From the human T2T-CHM13v2.0 reference genome, Homo sapiens, in NCBI RefSeq assembly GCF_009914755.1, contig NC_060927.1: DNA of 64,000 nucleotides; one strand, given 5' to 3'. Below the pieces are notes generated by a model, which was given only the letters and a program-made list of their open reading frames with translations, did no database searches and was not told the DNA's origin. The translations under genes were made by a program, and so were the position numbers. Below, one piece after another: positions 39,123 through 52,639 of this stretch. The number at the start of each line of letters is the position of its first letter. Position 1 is the stretch's first letter.

Positions 39123-39260
39123 TCTGGTAGAGAAAGACTTTGGAGGTGGGTAGAAATATTTTAACTCTATGCTGCTGCTTCCTGAGTGTGACATTGAACT
39201 TGAGTCACTGTAGTGAGATATGAGGCAAGACATTTAAATTCCTGTCAATGCTCAATAACT
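39057..39260 (+). repeat. Dispersed direct duplication, copy B
   Basis: See copy A; offset 3288 bp. Confidence 0.95.
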
Positions 39261-40419
39261 AATTGCTAACTAAAATAATGATAAAGTACTAGTTAAATGC
39301 AAGGTTCTAGTATTGTTGATATAGTTTTGGTCTTTAATTTAAAATTTTTCTTATCACGGTCTAGATGGGATACAATTTCAAAACTGTTTTTTTTCCCTAC
39401 ACTGTGGCCACTTTCCCCAAGCAGTATGTTCAAATAGATAGTAAGCTCCTGGAAAGCATGGACAATATTTTCTGCATCTTTTCTCTTCCCACAGCACAAA
39501 GGGCTGGGCTTAGGACTGTGTTAACAATACTTGCTTAAAAAGCACTTGCTAAGTTGCATCGTTGAAAAGATTTACAGACTAGTCACATTGGGAGTACATA
39601 CCCAAATTTAGCATTGCTTCTGCTGGTGTTCTATGTCCTGGGCACATAAGGATGTCTGAGAATAGGTATTCAGAGTGTTAATATTCACTTTTACAGAAAA
39701 TGAGCAAATGGGTGATTTTTATCAATTTCTTTAACCTAAACTTGCAGAGTCATGTGAAATAGTTTTCATGTTCAATAACATTGTTGCCCTAAAATTGAGG
39801 AATATTATGAATGTTAAGCTAAGCCCTGACAACCCACCTTGTGTTATGAGTTTTCATTATTTAACTTTACTCTTCTCATGGTCATTTTAATACATTTCCA
39901 CATATTAATTATATTCATGCTGATGTCCTGAAATAACCTCAGCCAAGTTCATTATATATTTTGATGGAAAAGCACTTAAATCTAGATGACAATTTATGTT
40001 TTACAAATTGGATTTGGAATAACCATTGAAGAGCTTTCTCTAAATAGACTCTGATTTTGAAATTCTAATTAAATGTTATATTTTGTTCTACAAAAAATAA
40101 GCACCTTCATTATTTTGGATGAAATTACTGGGTATCTCACCCAATTATTCATAGCTTTGAAACATGAGTTACTGCTTCTTGTCATTTTGTCAGTGGGTTG
40201 AAAACCCTCTTCCAGGAATGCCGTGAATTCTTGATGAATACTGAAGAGACAGGAGATCTGGGATACCAGGGTTGATCTGCACTGTGTGTGTAGGAAGTTC
40301 AACTGCTGTAGGTGCTGGAACATTAATTTGGATGCCAACATTTCTTTTGCATAAAAATGGGATGTATGAATCTCCTACTTTGCTTCGGTTGGCTTGAGTC
40401 CTTTGTCTTCTGAACACTT

Positions 40420-40745
40420 TCAATAAAAACTCTGAAGAGCTTCTCATCACTGTAGAATATAGTACAACTGCGTAAAGTTGCCCTCCAGGACCTGCAGATT
40501 CCAACCTCTGCCTGACTCCAAAGTCGTCATCTTGCGTCATTCTCCCTTCACCCACATTGTGCTCCAGACACATTTTCCTTCAGTTTCTCTAATAAATACA
40601 ACACGCTTCTCACTGCTTAAGACAGCTGTTTATAAATAAATTCCCACTGCCTGGAATGCTCTCCTCTCCTTCACCTGGCTTACTCTCCCTTGCTCTAAAG
40701 TTTCTGCCTAATAGGATTTCATCCTGACCTCCCAGACCACGTGAG
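40420..40745 (+). mobile_element. L2 fragment
   Basis: AAAAACTCTGAAGAGCTTCTCATCACTGTAGAATA...TCCCACTGCCTGGAATGCTCTCCTC typical L2. Confidence 0.6.
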
Positions 40746-42819
40746 GCATATTTTCATAAGACTATGTGTTTTAGGTTTGAATTTCTAAGGGAAATTCAAA
40801 CTATTACTAAGGGAATAGTTGTTCCCTTAGTAATAAATAGTTTTGTCCCAAGGTTAGTAGGAACTGAGAATAAAGAGGAGGAACACTTGGATTCTTTCAA
40901 TCCTCTTTTTCCTTCTTTCCAACTCTAGTTCCCCAGAGAATAAAGTCAAGGAAACAGGAACTGAAAAAAAAAGCAAATGCTTGAAGGATAGAGTTGGCTA
41001 TGCGTGAGCCCACACATCCTGCAGCTTTCCTAGCCTAGTGGGGATAAGAGGAGTAAGGCGCACTTCAGAATGAAGCCACAGTGGGGAAACCATCCGTGAA
41101 ACTACTTCACCTGGGCAATTATCAGTCTCTGCTGCCTGCTGGGTCTTTCTACACGGCTCTGAGCACTGAGCTCCTTGCCTTTAGTATTGATGCTCTAGGC
41201 ACAACCTTGATCCCAACTTATACTTACTAATTTTAGCCAGCGCCCTGCTCTGCCCTTATTTTACACAGTTTACTTAAATGAAGAGCATATTCTGATGACT
41301 ACAAATGTATTTCAGCTTTATAATTTTCATATGCAATTTTCTATACTCACAAATAATATTTTCACACAATTCCTGAAACTTAACTGGCAATAATCCAAAG
41401 ACTTATGGATAGATAAAAGGGAAGGAGGCCTCCGATGAGTTGAGGACTGATATGAATCTACAATTTGTAACCTATCACACATCTCATACTTTCTTTATTA
41501 GTAAAGATTGAAATAATTAATTATGTACTTTTCTAATTATTTGTTCATTGTTTGTTTCCACCCCAGTAGTCTGTATACTTCATGAGGTTTGTTCATTGTT
41601 TTATCCCCACTGATTAAAATACAATAGATGCTCAATGAATATAGAGCAAATGAATAAATGATACAATAAAATGGGAGAGGGAGGAAGAGGCTGTAGGAGA
41701 AAACAAAAAAAAAATTCTATGTTTTTACTGTATTTTCTTACTAGCTCAGGGCTGCAACAGTATATGCTCACCAACTCTTCCTCTAGCTTCTCTTGCTGTT
41801 CTTCTCCAAGCATAAATTTTAATTTCTTTATCATGGGCTTAAGTGCTCCACAACTGAAGAAAATAAGTCACTCATTTTTGTGGCTGTGGAGATAACACTT
41901 TAAAAATTGGTTTTCAAATTTGCTTAAATCTTATTGAAATGTATAGGGATATAAGATATTTTAGTGTAAGTCGTAAGTATTTTTTGTTTTTGTTTTAAAC
42001 CTAATCTAAAAAGTTAGTTGTGAGTAGTCATTATTCACAGATACTGAAGGAGTTCAATATGCATTCCATATTGTATTTTCAAATTGCACTTTCAAATTGC
42101 ATTTGAATAGAAATTCAAATGCATTCAATGCATCTCATATAACACAAGAGACCAGTAAATAGATTGCAGAGGCTTCCTTGAAATGCAGATTTAAAAAAAA
42201 ATTGTCTCTAGACTAGGAAAAATTAGTTGTAGTGGTGTGTATGACCATGGAAATTCATCCCTGGGATTGCAGCCTACATGTTTGGGCTTCCCTTTGAGGT
42301 GAGAATAAAAATTAAAGCATGGATTGAGCAACAGTAAATTCCAACAATACTTCTGAGTAGCTGAAGACAGACTAATGTTATCATTGGGGTTCATTTTTAA
42401 AAGTTTCTGACAACAATCTAATCTGAGACCTATAAAAATAGTTTGTCAGTTTAAAACATCAAATTGAGTTGCAAGAGATATTCTAATACAGGTCTAAAAA
42501 TAAGAGTAGGAATTTGGATGAACTGTGTGAGTGCTCATGTTCATTCCAGTTGATGGCTTGGTGTTAGAAAAAGGCACCCATTGTGTGTGGAGAAGGAAGG
42601 ACCCAGGCAGGAGCGTAGCAAAGGCCATGGGTCAACTTTCACTCCCACCTTGAATAGGTACTTGTACACGACACAAACCATGGAAACATAAGTTATGGCT
42701 CTGCTTCCAGTTTTAGCAAGATATGAAATACATTGATAAAGTTTAATAAGAATGATTCCTGTTGGGGTTTGATACTTTTTAATACATTTATGCTCTTTTA
42801 ATTAGGCTGAGAGGCAATT

Positions 42820-43070
42820 TTACAAAATTATTAAAGACATGGGCTCTGACCTAAGACAGAACTTCATTTAAATTCTGAATTTGTCACCCTCTAATTCAGT
42901 GACCTCTCTGGGCTCTCTATAAGCCTCAGTAACTTCAACTGCAATATTGAAATGATAGTGTCTTTGTTAGTAATTCGTGGTGAGGATTAAATAAAATCAG
43001 GTATGTATCATGCCTAGCACACTTTTTGGTACATGGTAGATGCTTAATAAATGGCAGTTGCTGCTATATT
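42820..43070 (+). mobile_element. MIR
   Basis: CATGGGCTCTGA...AAGCCTCAGT...GTGAGGATTAAATAA...ACATGGTAGATGCTTAATAAATGGCAG. Confidence 0.8.
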
Positions 43071-43508
43071 GTTTTTTAATGATAGTTTTAATAGGAGCAT
43101 TTTAAAATAAAAGGATGCTTATACTGATATGAGTAAACCACACAGATCACCCACACAATTCAAATGATTGGTTACAATATATCAATATATCAAACTAGTT
43201 TAATGGAAATATTTTCTTGAGTACTTAATTCTATCAAGAAATAATAATGACAATTAAATAAATGGAAGCCCTTTGCTGGTCTTTGGCAATAGCAAAATAT
43301 ATAGCAAATTGTCCATATTTATGAAGCAACCTGCATATCAACCTGTCATAAAAATGCAAAATATAATGAACTAGGAAGGGATATAGCTATATACTAGAAA
43401 TGTCCACTTCACTTTTTACACTTCAGCAAATATTACAACTGCTCTTATTTGAAAATACGTTTTATGACATCCTAATTTTTCCACACAAAGAAGAAGTTTA
43501 TTTCATAG

Positions 43509-43509
<1 letters not shown>

Positions 43510-43547
<38 letters not shown>
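43510..43547. repeat. (CA)19 microsatellite
   Basis: Directly visible. Confidence 0.97.
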
Positions 43548-43548
<1 letters not shown>

Positions 43549-45619
43549 CTTATGTGAAACTATCAGAGCACACAAAATACAGAGGAGGTAGTGTGGGGCT
43601 AGTACTTTATATTTCAGCTCTAGCTTCACAGGCAGTTATTTTGTAAGTGGATTTCAAAAAATAATTACATTAATCAAAACTCTATTTAGTTTTCTATATC
43701 ACTATTGATTTCACCTACACTTGTCAAATTTATATTCTGCCTCTTTAATTGCCTACCTCCTACTGCCTCTCACTTTCCTGAGCTGAGTATATATATTTGC
43801 ATACCACAAATATGCTCACGGTTGTACTTTGAAATAAGATGTCTCTGAAGCCAAATGCAAAGAAACAGAAATTCAGTTTATTTTTCCCTACCTCTGTTCC
43901 TCATTAGACCTGCTCCTGAAATTCTTTGATTTATTCTACTTTTTTAAAAAAAAATCTACATTTGCTGTATTAGCAAATGATGATTGCATTATATTCAGTT
44001 CTTTATAATTTGAGAAATTATCTTATTCTTGGAATAACATTTTAAACCATGAAAATTAAATGGCAAATAAGATTTTTAGAAGCAGCTTAAGAAGCTGACA
44101 TAAAAGTGATATGTGATGTCAGTAGAGAATGCTTATAATTTAATGGGTGGGGGAAGAATAATAAATGAGGTAATATTATAAAGTATAATATTTGGAGGAA
44201 CCTAAGTATAGAGTAATCAGTAATTCTTTGCACTAGCATTGCAATTTTGTTGTGAGTCTGAAATTGTTTCAAAATTAAATGTAAAAAAAAATAATGTCAG
44301 GTAAAAATTTAAATGATGATTCCTTGTGTTCACTTAAGGTTGTGGTTGTGTGGTATAATTTGGGGGAATATGATGTGATTAGTGAGGCTTACAGGGAAAG
44401 CACCCAATACGAGCCAATCAGATACCCCATATCAAGGCTCAGCCATTTTTAAAACGTGTTCATCTCTGTTTGGTAAATCCTGGTTAAGGTATAAATAATT
44501 TCAAAATCCAGTACTACTCTTACAAGTCACCAACAACAAAATAAAATAAAATATAAAATGCAAAGGAATTCAAGCAAATTTTGCTTCAAATACAATTCCA
44601 GTCACTATCAAATATCCTGGCTTATCATTATCAAAATAATATTATCAAAGGAAAGCCACCCAATTTGCAAGCTACACACTGCCAATCTCAACTTGATTAA
44701 AGTCATATTTATAATTAATTATTTTTTCTAGTTACTAGACTTTTTAATCTTCTTGGTTGTCTCTAGGAAACCCATCAGGCATCCAGAACCCACAGCTCTG
44801 CCATCAGAACTCCATCCTGGGAACAGAAGCCGTCTATCTGCATCTGTAAACATGGCCTCATGTAGTGACGTGCAGGGAAATGAGTGTGCCCTTGCAATGG
44901 TTCTCAGTCCTTTCTTTATCTCAACATCATGGCATTTTATGGCTTCCCTCATGAGACAACTCAATTATTCTCACAATTTATCTAGATTTCTGGAAAAATA
45001 TGTTGGAATGTGGCCTTCCTACCCCATTCCCTCTGACAACAGGTTTATTGAGGAATATATTTTACTTTCATATTTTTATTTCAGAGGAAAAATTTCTCCC
45101 CAGACATTTATTTTCCCCATGGTTCTCTAAGAGGGAGACATGAATGAGGAAACCATAAAATAAAATCAGATAAGGTGGGACACCAAGATAATCATGTAGC
45201 TTGATTTTGATGTCTGGACCTCTTTTTAAAAGTTAAGGAAAGAACAAGTTCTTGTTCTCTTTGCAGGTAAATCCACGGGAACCTTCTCAGTGCAGTGGTA
45301 ATACAGAGTATAAAGTAGCCCTCCTTACTCTTAAGAGGAAATTTTGCCTCTTCACCTTTCCAAAAGAAATGACGGTAATTGTTCTTTAATTCTCAAACAA
45401 CCTTATCTTTTGGTAGCTCAATAATGGCAGCATCTGGTATAACTTGGATGCAAGGACTGTTGGCAAGATCACTATAATTTCCAAGATTTCCAGAAATTTT
45501 CAATTAAGACTGTTAAAAATAAAAAAATACAGGATATGATTTTCAAAGCTGGAAAATAAATGCCTGATTATATGGAATGGTCCCCTTTTGAGGAAAGAAA
45601 CTGGGAATAGTTTGGAGCA

Positions 45620-45830
45620 CAATTTGGCATAATGAAGGGAATGTAAGGTTTAGTCCTGCAGTCACTAATTGTATGACTTCAGGCAAATTACCCTTTCTAG
45701 GCCTCAGTTTCCTTATCTGAAAAATGGGGATGATAATAATACTGTACCTACCTCATAGGTTGCTTTGATGATTAAATGAGCCAATACATGTAAAGTACTT
45801 GGAAGAGCACTTGCCTCTAGTAGAGCTTGT
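45620..45830 (+). mobile_element. MIR
   Basis: GGCCTCAGTTTCCTTATCTGAAAAATGGGGATGATAATAATAC...ATTAAATGAG...ATGTAAAGTACTTGG. Confidence 0.85.
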
Positions 45831-47034
45831 TCTTATTATCAACACTACAGGAGTTACTAGGAATACATGATTAATTCTGCCTGTAGCCTTTTCAGAAGAC
45901 TTAGCATTAGAATTTTATTTTGAAGGGCACACCAGTGCAGGAGCATAGGCTTTTTTCTCAAACATCTTGATAACACCAGAAGACATTTGCCGATTTCAAA
46001 TTGACAACTCATGACAATGTGTAAGTTCTAAGTTTCAACCCAATACTCTTTGCCTCAAGTTGTTCTCCTTCCACTTTAGAGAAATCATTACTTCCTGTGT
46101 TAAGCAAATGCCTCGAAATCATCTCAGAGTTCCCCCGTGAGTGATCCTAGTTTTGAAGAGACTATTCTCAACCCACCTGTCAATTATGTCAGTGTAAAGG
46201 CATCCAGAACATCTGTCCTGAATTTTCCCGGACTGCACCTGGACTTCAAAATGATGGAAGGTGGTGATCTAACTGTGCAGAAAACATTGTGAAACAGGCC
46301 ACATTCTCAAACTGGTTTGAGAAACTTTTAGAATAAAATGTGTCTGGCTAGGTTTATTCAGCCTTAGTTATTACTCTTTGTGTATACACAAGGATTTCAA
46401 ACCATCAGTAAATGACTGCAAGTGGTTTCTAGTCATATCCAACCAACAAAAAGTCTTCCCTTATGTGTCAAAAGCAAGCAAACCTCAAATTGGTAAGTTT
46501 TCTTTTCCTGGAGAGATTCTGTGGAATATGATACCTGAACAATTAGAATGAGAACATAGCGAAGGATGAAGCAACCTTATAGTTCCATAAATTCTAAACA
46601 TAGAAAAATAAACTGAAAATTCCAAATATTTAAAACCTTACGTTTACATTGAAATTGAAAGAACTCAGAGCAGTCTGCTGTGTTCAGCATAAAAGGCAGC
46701 ATTCATAAGGGAGGGAAAGGTACAAAGTCATCCAGCCTGGAATGACAGAATGGATATGAAGAAAATTTATTTCCTTGTAGAAATGTTCAAAGCAATGCTA
46801 CATACTTTTCCTTTCCCATAAATTTATAGCATTTGAAATTATTTTTGTACATTTATAAATTCTCTCAAACATCACTTAAAATGTTTAAAAAGACAAAATT
46901 AAAGTGTGGCTTTGGGGAGGTCAATGTAGAAATGCATTAATTGTTTTGTGATGAAGAAAAGGAAGTTTGAGTAAGTGGTGTATAATGTAGTCCTTTGACA
47001 AGATAGAAAATGGTCATTTTCAAAGTCCATTTAT

Positions 47035-47675
47035 TTTTTTCATTAACTTATTTAGACCCCACTGTGTTGCAGAAATTTTATATACAAGATAGATTTATTT
47101 TGGTCTTCAGGGGAAATGTCAGGAAACAGATGATTAAATGAATGGATATGAGGCAGTTTAGGAAATGACAATATAGAAACATCCATCTGATGCTTTGGGA
47201 CCTTAGAGAGGTCTAACTCAACTCAGATGGGGAAGAAGAGGAGACAGGAAAAGTCCCAGAGAAGGCAATGCTGAGCTCCTACCCATTCCAAAAGATGGAT
47301 TAACATTGGCAGAAGGAGGTGCTGGGAAGACTCCTCAGGCATGAGAAAAGCTGGAGCAAAGTCCCAGAGCAGTGAATCTGTGACACATTCAGGGAGGAAT
47401 AAGTATTTCTCCTGAAAATGCCATGTGGGAATACAATATGGAAGGTAGAGAGTGGCAAGGGGTGGGATTGGGAATCTGGAGTGGGGCCAGACCTTTGAAT
47501 ATGTTAAGAAATGTGGACTTTATCCTTCAGGACAATAGGGGATGTGGAAGAACTGCAAGTAGACAATAGGGAGAAAACAAAATCCCTCTGGCTACGATGA
47601 GGAAAGGAGTTGGTGGGCAGGACACAGAGATAATAGCAGGAAGGTTCCCATGGAAGCTGTTGTAATAGCCAAGGT
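47035..47675 (-). mobile_element. L2 fragment
   Basis: GAGCAAAGTCCCAGAG...GGGGCCAGACC...ATGTTAAGAAATGTGGACTTTATCCT...GGAAGCTGTTGTAATAGCCAAGG. Confidence 0.6.
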
Positions 47676-47677
47676 TA

Positions 47678-47975
47678 ATTTTTTAATGTTTTATTTTGAA
47701 ATAATTATAGATTCATAAGAAATAGCAAAATAAAAGAATGAGACCCTATATACTCTTAAATGGTAACCACTTCCTTTAATGGTAACAACTTACAGAACTA
47801 TAACAACTTACAGAACTATAATGTATTATAAAAACCAGGAACCTCACATTGGCACAATGCTATTAACTAGAATACAGACTTTATTTAGATTTTACCAGCT
47901 TTTACATACATATAGGTTTATGAAATTTTGTCACATGTGGAGATTCATATAATGACCACCACGATAAAGTTACAA
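47678..47975 (-). mobile_element. Old L1 (L1MC/MD-like) 3' end
   Basis: TTTTATTTTGAAATAATTATAGATTCA...AATGGTAACA...AAAACCAGGAA...CATTGGCACAAT...ACAGACTTTATTTAGATTTTACCAG; contains an 18-bp tandem duplication. Confidence 0.65.
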
Positions 47976-48059
47976 CTTAAGTGAGGTTTGATAAGGACAG
48001 GAACAAAGAAAAGACGGAGAAAAGAGGAGAGATTCACTAAATATTTAGGACATAAATGC

Positions 48060-48300
48060 CAATAGTTAAAAGCATGGATTCTGCAGCCAGAGTTTCCCAG
48101 GCCGCATACCAGCTATACCACTGACTAGCTTTGTGGCTGGGGATGCTGTGTAACCTCTCTGTGCCTCAGCTTTCTTGTCTGCAAAATTGAGATAATAGTA
48201 GTACTTCCTAAAGATGCAGTGAACAATAAACTGGTTTATAACAAGCATAGAGCAGTAGCTAGCATATGGTAAGTGTTGTGAATGTGTTAGCAATTACTGT
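48060..48300 (+). mobile_element. MIR
   Basis: GTTAAAAGCATGGATTCTGCAGCCAGA...TAACCTCTCTGTGCCTCAGCTTTCTTGTCTGCAAAATTGAGATAATAGTAGTAC. Confidence 0.85.
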
Positions 48301-48698
48301 TAACTAGAATCTAGATAGAGACCGACAGGACATGGAAGTGAAGAAAAGGTCACATCTTGGGCTTATGCTACTTAGTAGATGGCACTGGCATTTGCTGACA
48401 TAGAATGATAGGTTAAGTAGGGGAGGGAGGTTAGTAAAATTTGATGTGCCTTTTTCATCCAAGTGATGAAATACAAAAGAGGGTTAAATATTTATAATGG
48501 AGATGAGGTTCAGAATAATGTTTGTGCCAAATTTGTATCCCCTACAAAGTCTAGTAGGAAGCCCATCTAGAAAGAAATCTGATTTCTTATGGCAACAGTC
48601 TGTAAGAAGGGCTTTGGCTCTAGTCCCCATGGTTTGCTCAGTATATAACATAAGCATGACCACAAACATCAGACTACACCGAATGCAGAATGTAGCTT

Positions 48699-48793
48699 GG
48701 GAAATCCCTGACAGGTATGACTCAGGGAAATGTTCACTTTCGTTGGACTTCAGGTTCCACATTATTGCTGATGTTTGCTGATGTTTCCGGGAG
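48699..48793. promoter_or_regulatory. Candidate inflammatory enhancer motif cluster (NF-kB, AP-1, IRF-like, GAS-like)
   Basis: GGGAAATCCC 48699-48708; TGACTCA 48718-48724; TTCACTTTC 48733-48741; TTCCGGGAG 48785-48793. Motifs only, no functional data. Confidence 0.35.
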
Positions 48794-48894
48794 CCTTGAT
48801 GTCATTCTGTATCTCCTCAGGTATCCCACCTTGAGACGTACTTTTCAAAAACTCTCTACAGCCGTTGTTGTTATTAATTCAAGGTTGAACATAA

Positions 48895-49575
<681 letters not shown>

Positions 49576-49639
49576 TAGCATGCTTTCTGTTCTTTGCAAC
49601 CAATGAAACTTAAATCTTAAGACTATACTTTTTTTTGTA

Positions 49640-50210
49640 GTGTAAAGTAGTACAAAATTTGGAATATCAATCTGGCAGTATGTGTCAGTATTATAAATGT
49701 GCTCCTATTTGGCTTAGCAGTTTTTCTTCTAGCAATTTATATCAGAAAAATACTCAGACGAGTTCAGAGATATACATACATAGGATGACTATGAATATAA
49801 AATTTGGAAATTGAATGCCAAGAAAATGGTCATTAAATAAATTAGGAGTTAGCAATGTGATTGAATATTATGAAGTCATTAAAAAGGATGATATATACAT
49901 ATTTACTAACTAGAAAGGAATGCCATGAAATAGTAGTAGAAAAGGCAAACTACAAAACATCTTAGATTCAGATAGCATGATCCAATTTGCATGATACAGC
50001 ATGGTGGGTATGCATGCGTGTGTGTATGTGGGTGTGTGTGTAGCCAGAGAAATATGTTTGAAAGGAAATATGCCAAATTCTTAAAAAATGGGGATTATCT
50101 CTAAGTGATGGGTTTTATTTTTGTCTTTATTGTATATTGTGTATATGACATTCTATATTGTATTATGTTTTAGAAATGAACTTATATTTGTAATCTGATT
50201 TTTTTTGAAA
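49640..50210 (+). mobile_element. Old L1ME-like 3' fragment
   Basis: TCTGGCAGTATGT...CTTCTAGCAATTTAT...GAATATTATGAAGTCATTAAAAAGGATG...GGAAATATGCCAAA...TTATCTCTAAGTGATGGG. Confidence 0.6.
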
Positions 50211-50794
50211 AGTAAAATATCTTTTCTTATGCAGAAATCCATGTGCATTTTCTTCCATTGCATGAGCACATTTTGCCCACAGCTAAGATGGAGACTGATG
50301 TTTTACAGTGAAATGAGACATTTGCATACATTCATATGTGCCTTGTATTAATGAAGAGCATTGAGCCCAAGGCCTTAAATATGTCAGAATTACAGATATG
50401 GCCTGTGTATTAGTTTATTATGGTTGCCAGAACAAACAAACTTGATGACTTAACAGAAATTTATTTCCTCACAGTTCTGGAGGCCATAAGTCCAAAATCA
50501 GCATTACTGGGTTGAGCACAAGGTGTTCATAGGGCCACATTCTCCCTGAGGTTCTAGAGGAGAATTCATTTCTCACGTCTCCCAGCTTCTGACGGCTGCC
50601 AGTATTCCTTGGATTGTGGCCACATCACTCTAATTTCTGCCTCTGAGTTTACATCACCAACTCCTTTTCTGTCTGTAGTCAAAATCTCCCTCTTCCGCCA
50701 TCTTACAAGGACACTGTTGATTGTATTAAGGACTCATCAGGATAATCTCCTCATCTCAAGATTCCTTTTTGTTTGTTTTTTTGTTTTTCAGAAA

Positions 50795-51010
50795 ACCACT
50801 CAGACTGCCTCCTCTCCCTCTTACTCTCCAGGGAGGAGAGAAGAATGATCATCAAGGGCAGAAGGCAGTTACATCGAAGCAACACTGAAAACTGGCTTCA
50901 TGCTCAGGAGAGAATGCTGCGCTTTTTCCTCGTGATTTGTGGTGCTCTACATATTCAGAGAAACTTCTCCAGTAACAAACTATAGAAATGATCCCTCAAA
51001 GTATAGTCTT
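50795..51010 (-). pseudogene. U3: Full-length U3 snoRNA (SNORD3-family) retrocopy
   Basis: Minus strand reads AAGACTATACTTTGAGGGATCATTTCTATAGTTTGTTACTGGAGAAGTTTCTCTGAA...CCTGAGCATGAAGCC...TTGATGATCATTC...GTCTGAGTGGT (216 nt), then TTTCTG and an A-rich tail; TSD CAAGATTC (50757-50764 / 51011-51018); no snRNA promoter upstream (flank is MLT1C). Confidence 0.96.
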
Positions 51011-51042
51011 CAAGATTCTTAATCACATCTGAAAAGAGCCTT

Positions 51043-51848
<806 letters not shown>

Positions 51849-52169
51849 CCCATTTTCCATATAACATAACATTTACAGGTTTCAGAAATTAGAAACCAAT
51901 ATTTTAGGGAGATTATTTTTAGCCTACTCCTGTATACCATCCTAAAAATAAGAAATCCACACTAAATTTGCCAAGACTATTGATTTGCCTTTGTATCTAT
52001 TGGAAACACACACTTGAATCCATTGATTAAAACAGCACCACAAAGTAAATTTAACAATACATTTCAAGTTTTGAAATGAAGCATTCATCATTTTACAGTT
52101 CTAAGAAGATAAAAGTATGCATTTGTGTCACATTTATGTGACACTTCATAAAAAAGTGTTCAGGAATCT

Positions 52170-52630
52170 AGAGGGAATAGATAATCTCAGTTCTAGGAGA
52201 AAAAAAAATGGCACAGGCAAATGGGGTAATTAGGGAGATTAATGAAAGAGAGTTTAGGGAAACCAAAAATGGATAGTGTGATAGCAAAGGGGTGGAAATA
52301 TGCCCCCTAGCTTTGAAAGGGGCAAGGGAAGGGAGAGAATACCAAAATTTAGAATACCAAAATGTAGATAGAGCTGAGGCTGTGACTGTAGCTTCAGGAG
52401 AGGACTGCTGGATAGGAGCCGTGGCCTTGGTAAAGGAGCTCAACCCCTCCCAGGCTTCCCTCTGGAAGGCGGAGCAATTGCCTTACAGTGGCCAAATCAA
52501 TGGGAAGTCAGGTGACAAGGAAGCCCATTGATGCTGTCCATACAGATAGATTAGCCTCCTAGAAGATGATCAACTTGGAGAAATGTAGAAAATGAATCTA
52601 GCTCTAAGGTCAAGAAAAAAATATTCCGTA
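52170..52630 (-). mobile_element. Old ERVL LTR (LTR33-like)
   Basis: AAGGAAGCCCATTGATGCTGTCCATACAG...TTAGCCTCC...GGAGAA...GAATCT resembles recalled LTR33-group end. Confidence 0.4.
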
Positions 52631-52639
52631 CTTGCTGCC

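Noticed and set aside
40069-40573. Two overlapping minus-strand ORFs suggesting a processed pseudogene
   Set aside because: Upstream half is L2-derived; no recognisable protein, tail or TSD
44745-45130. Splice-acceptor-like TTGTCTCTAG followed by a 125-aa ORF
   Set aside because: No matching donor, partner exons or protein similarity visible; a lncRNA exon cannot be excluded without RNA data
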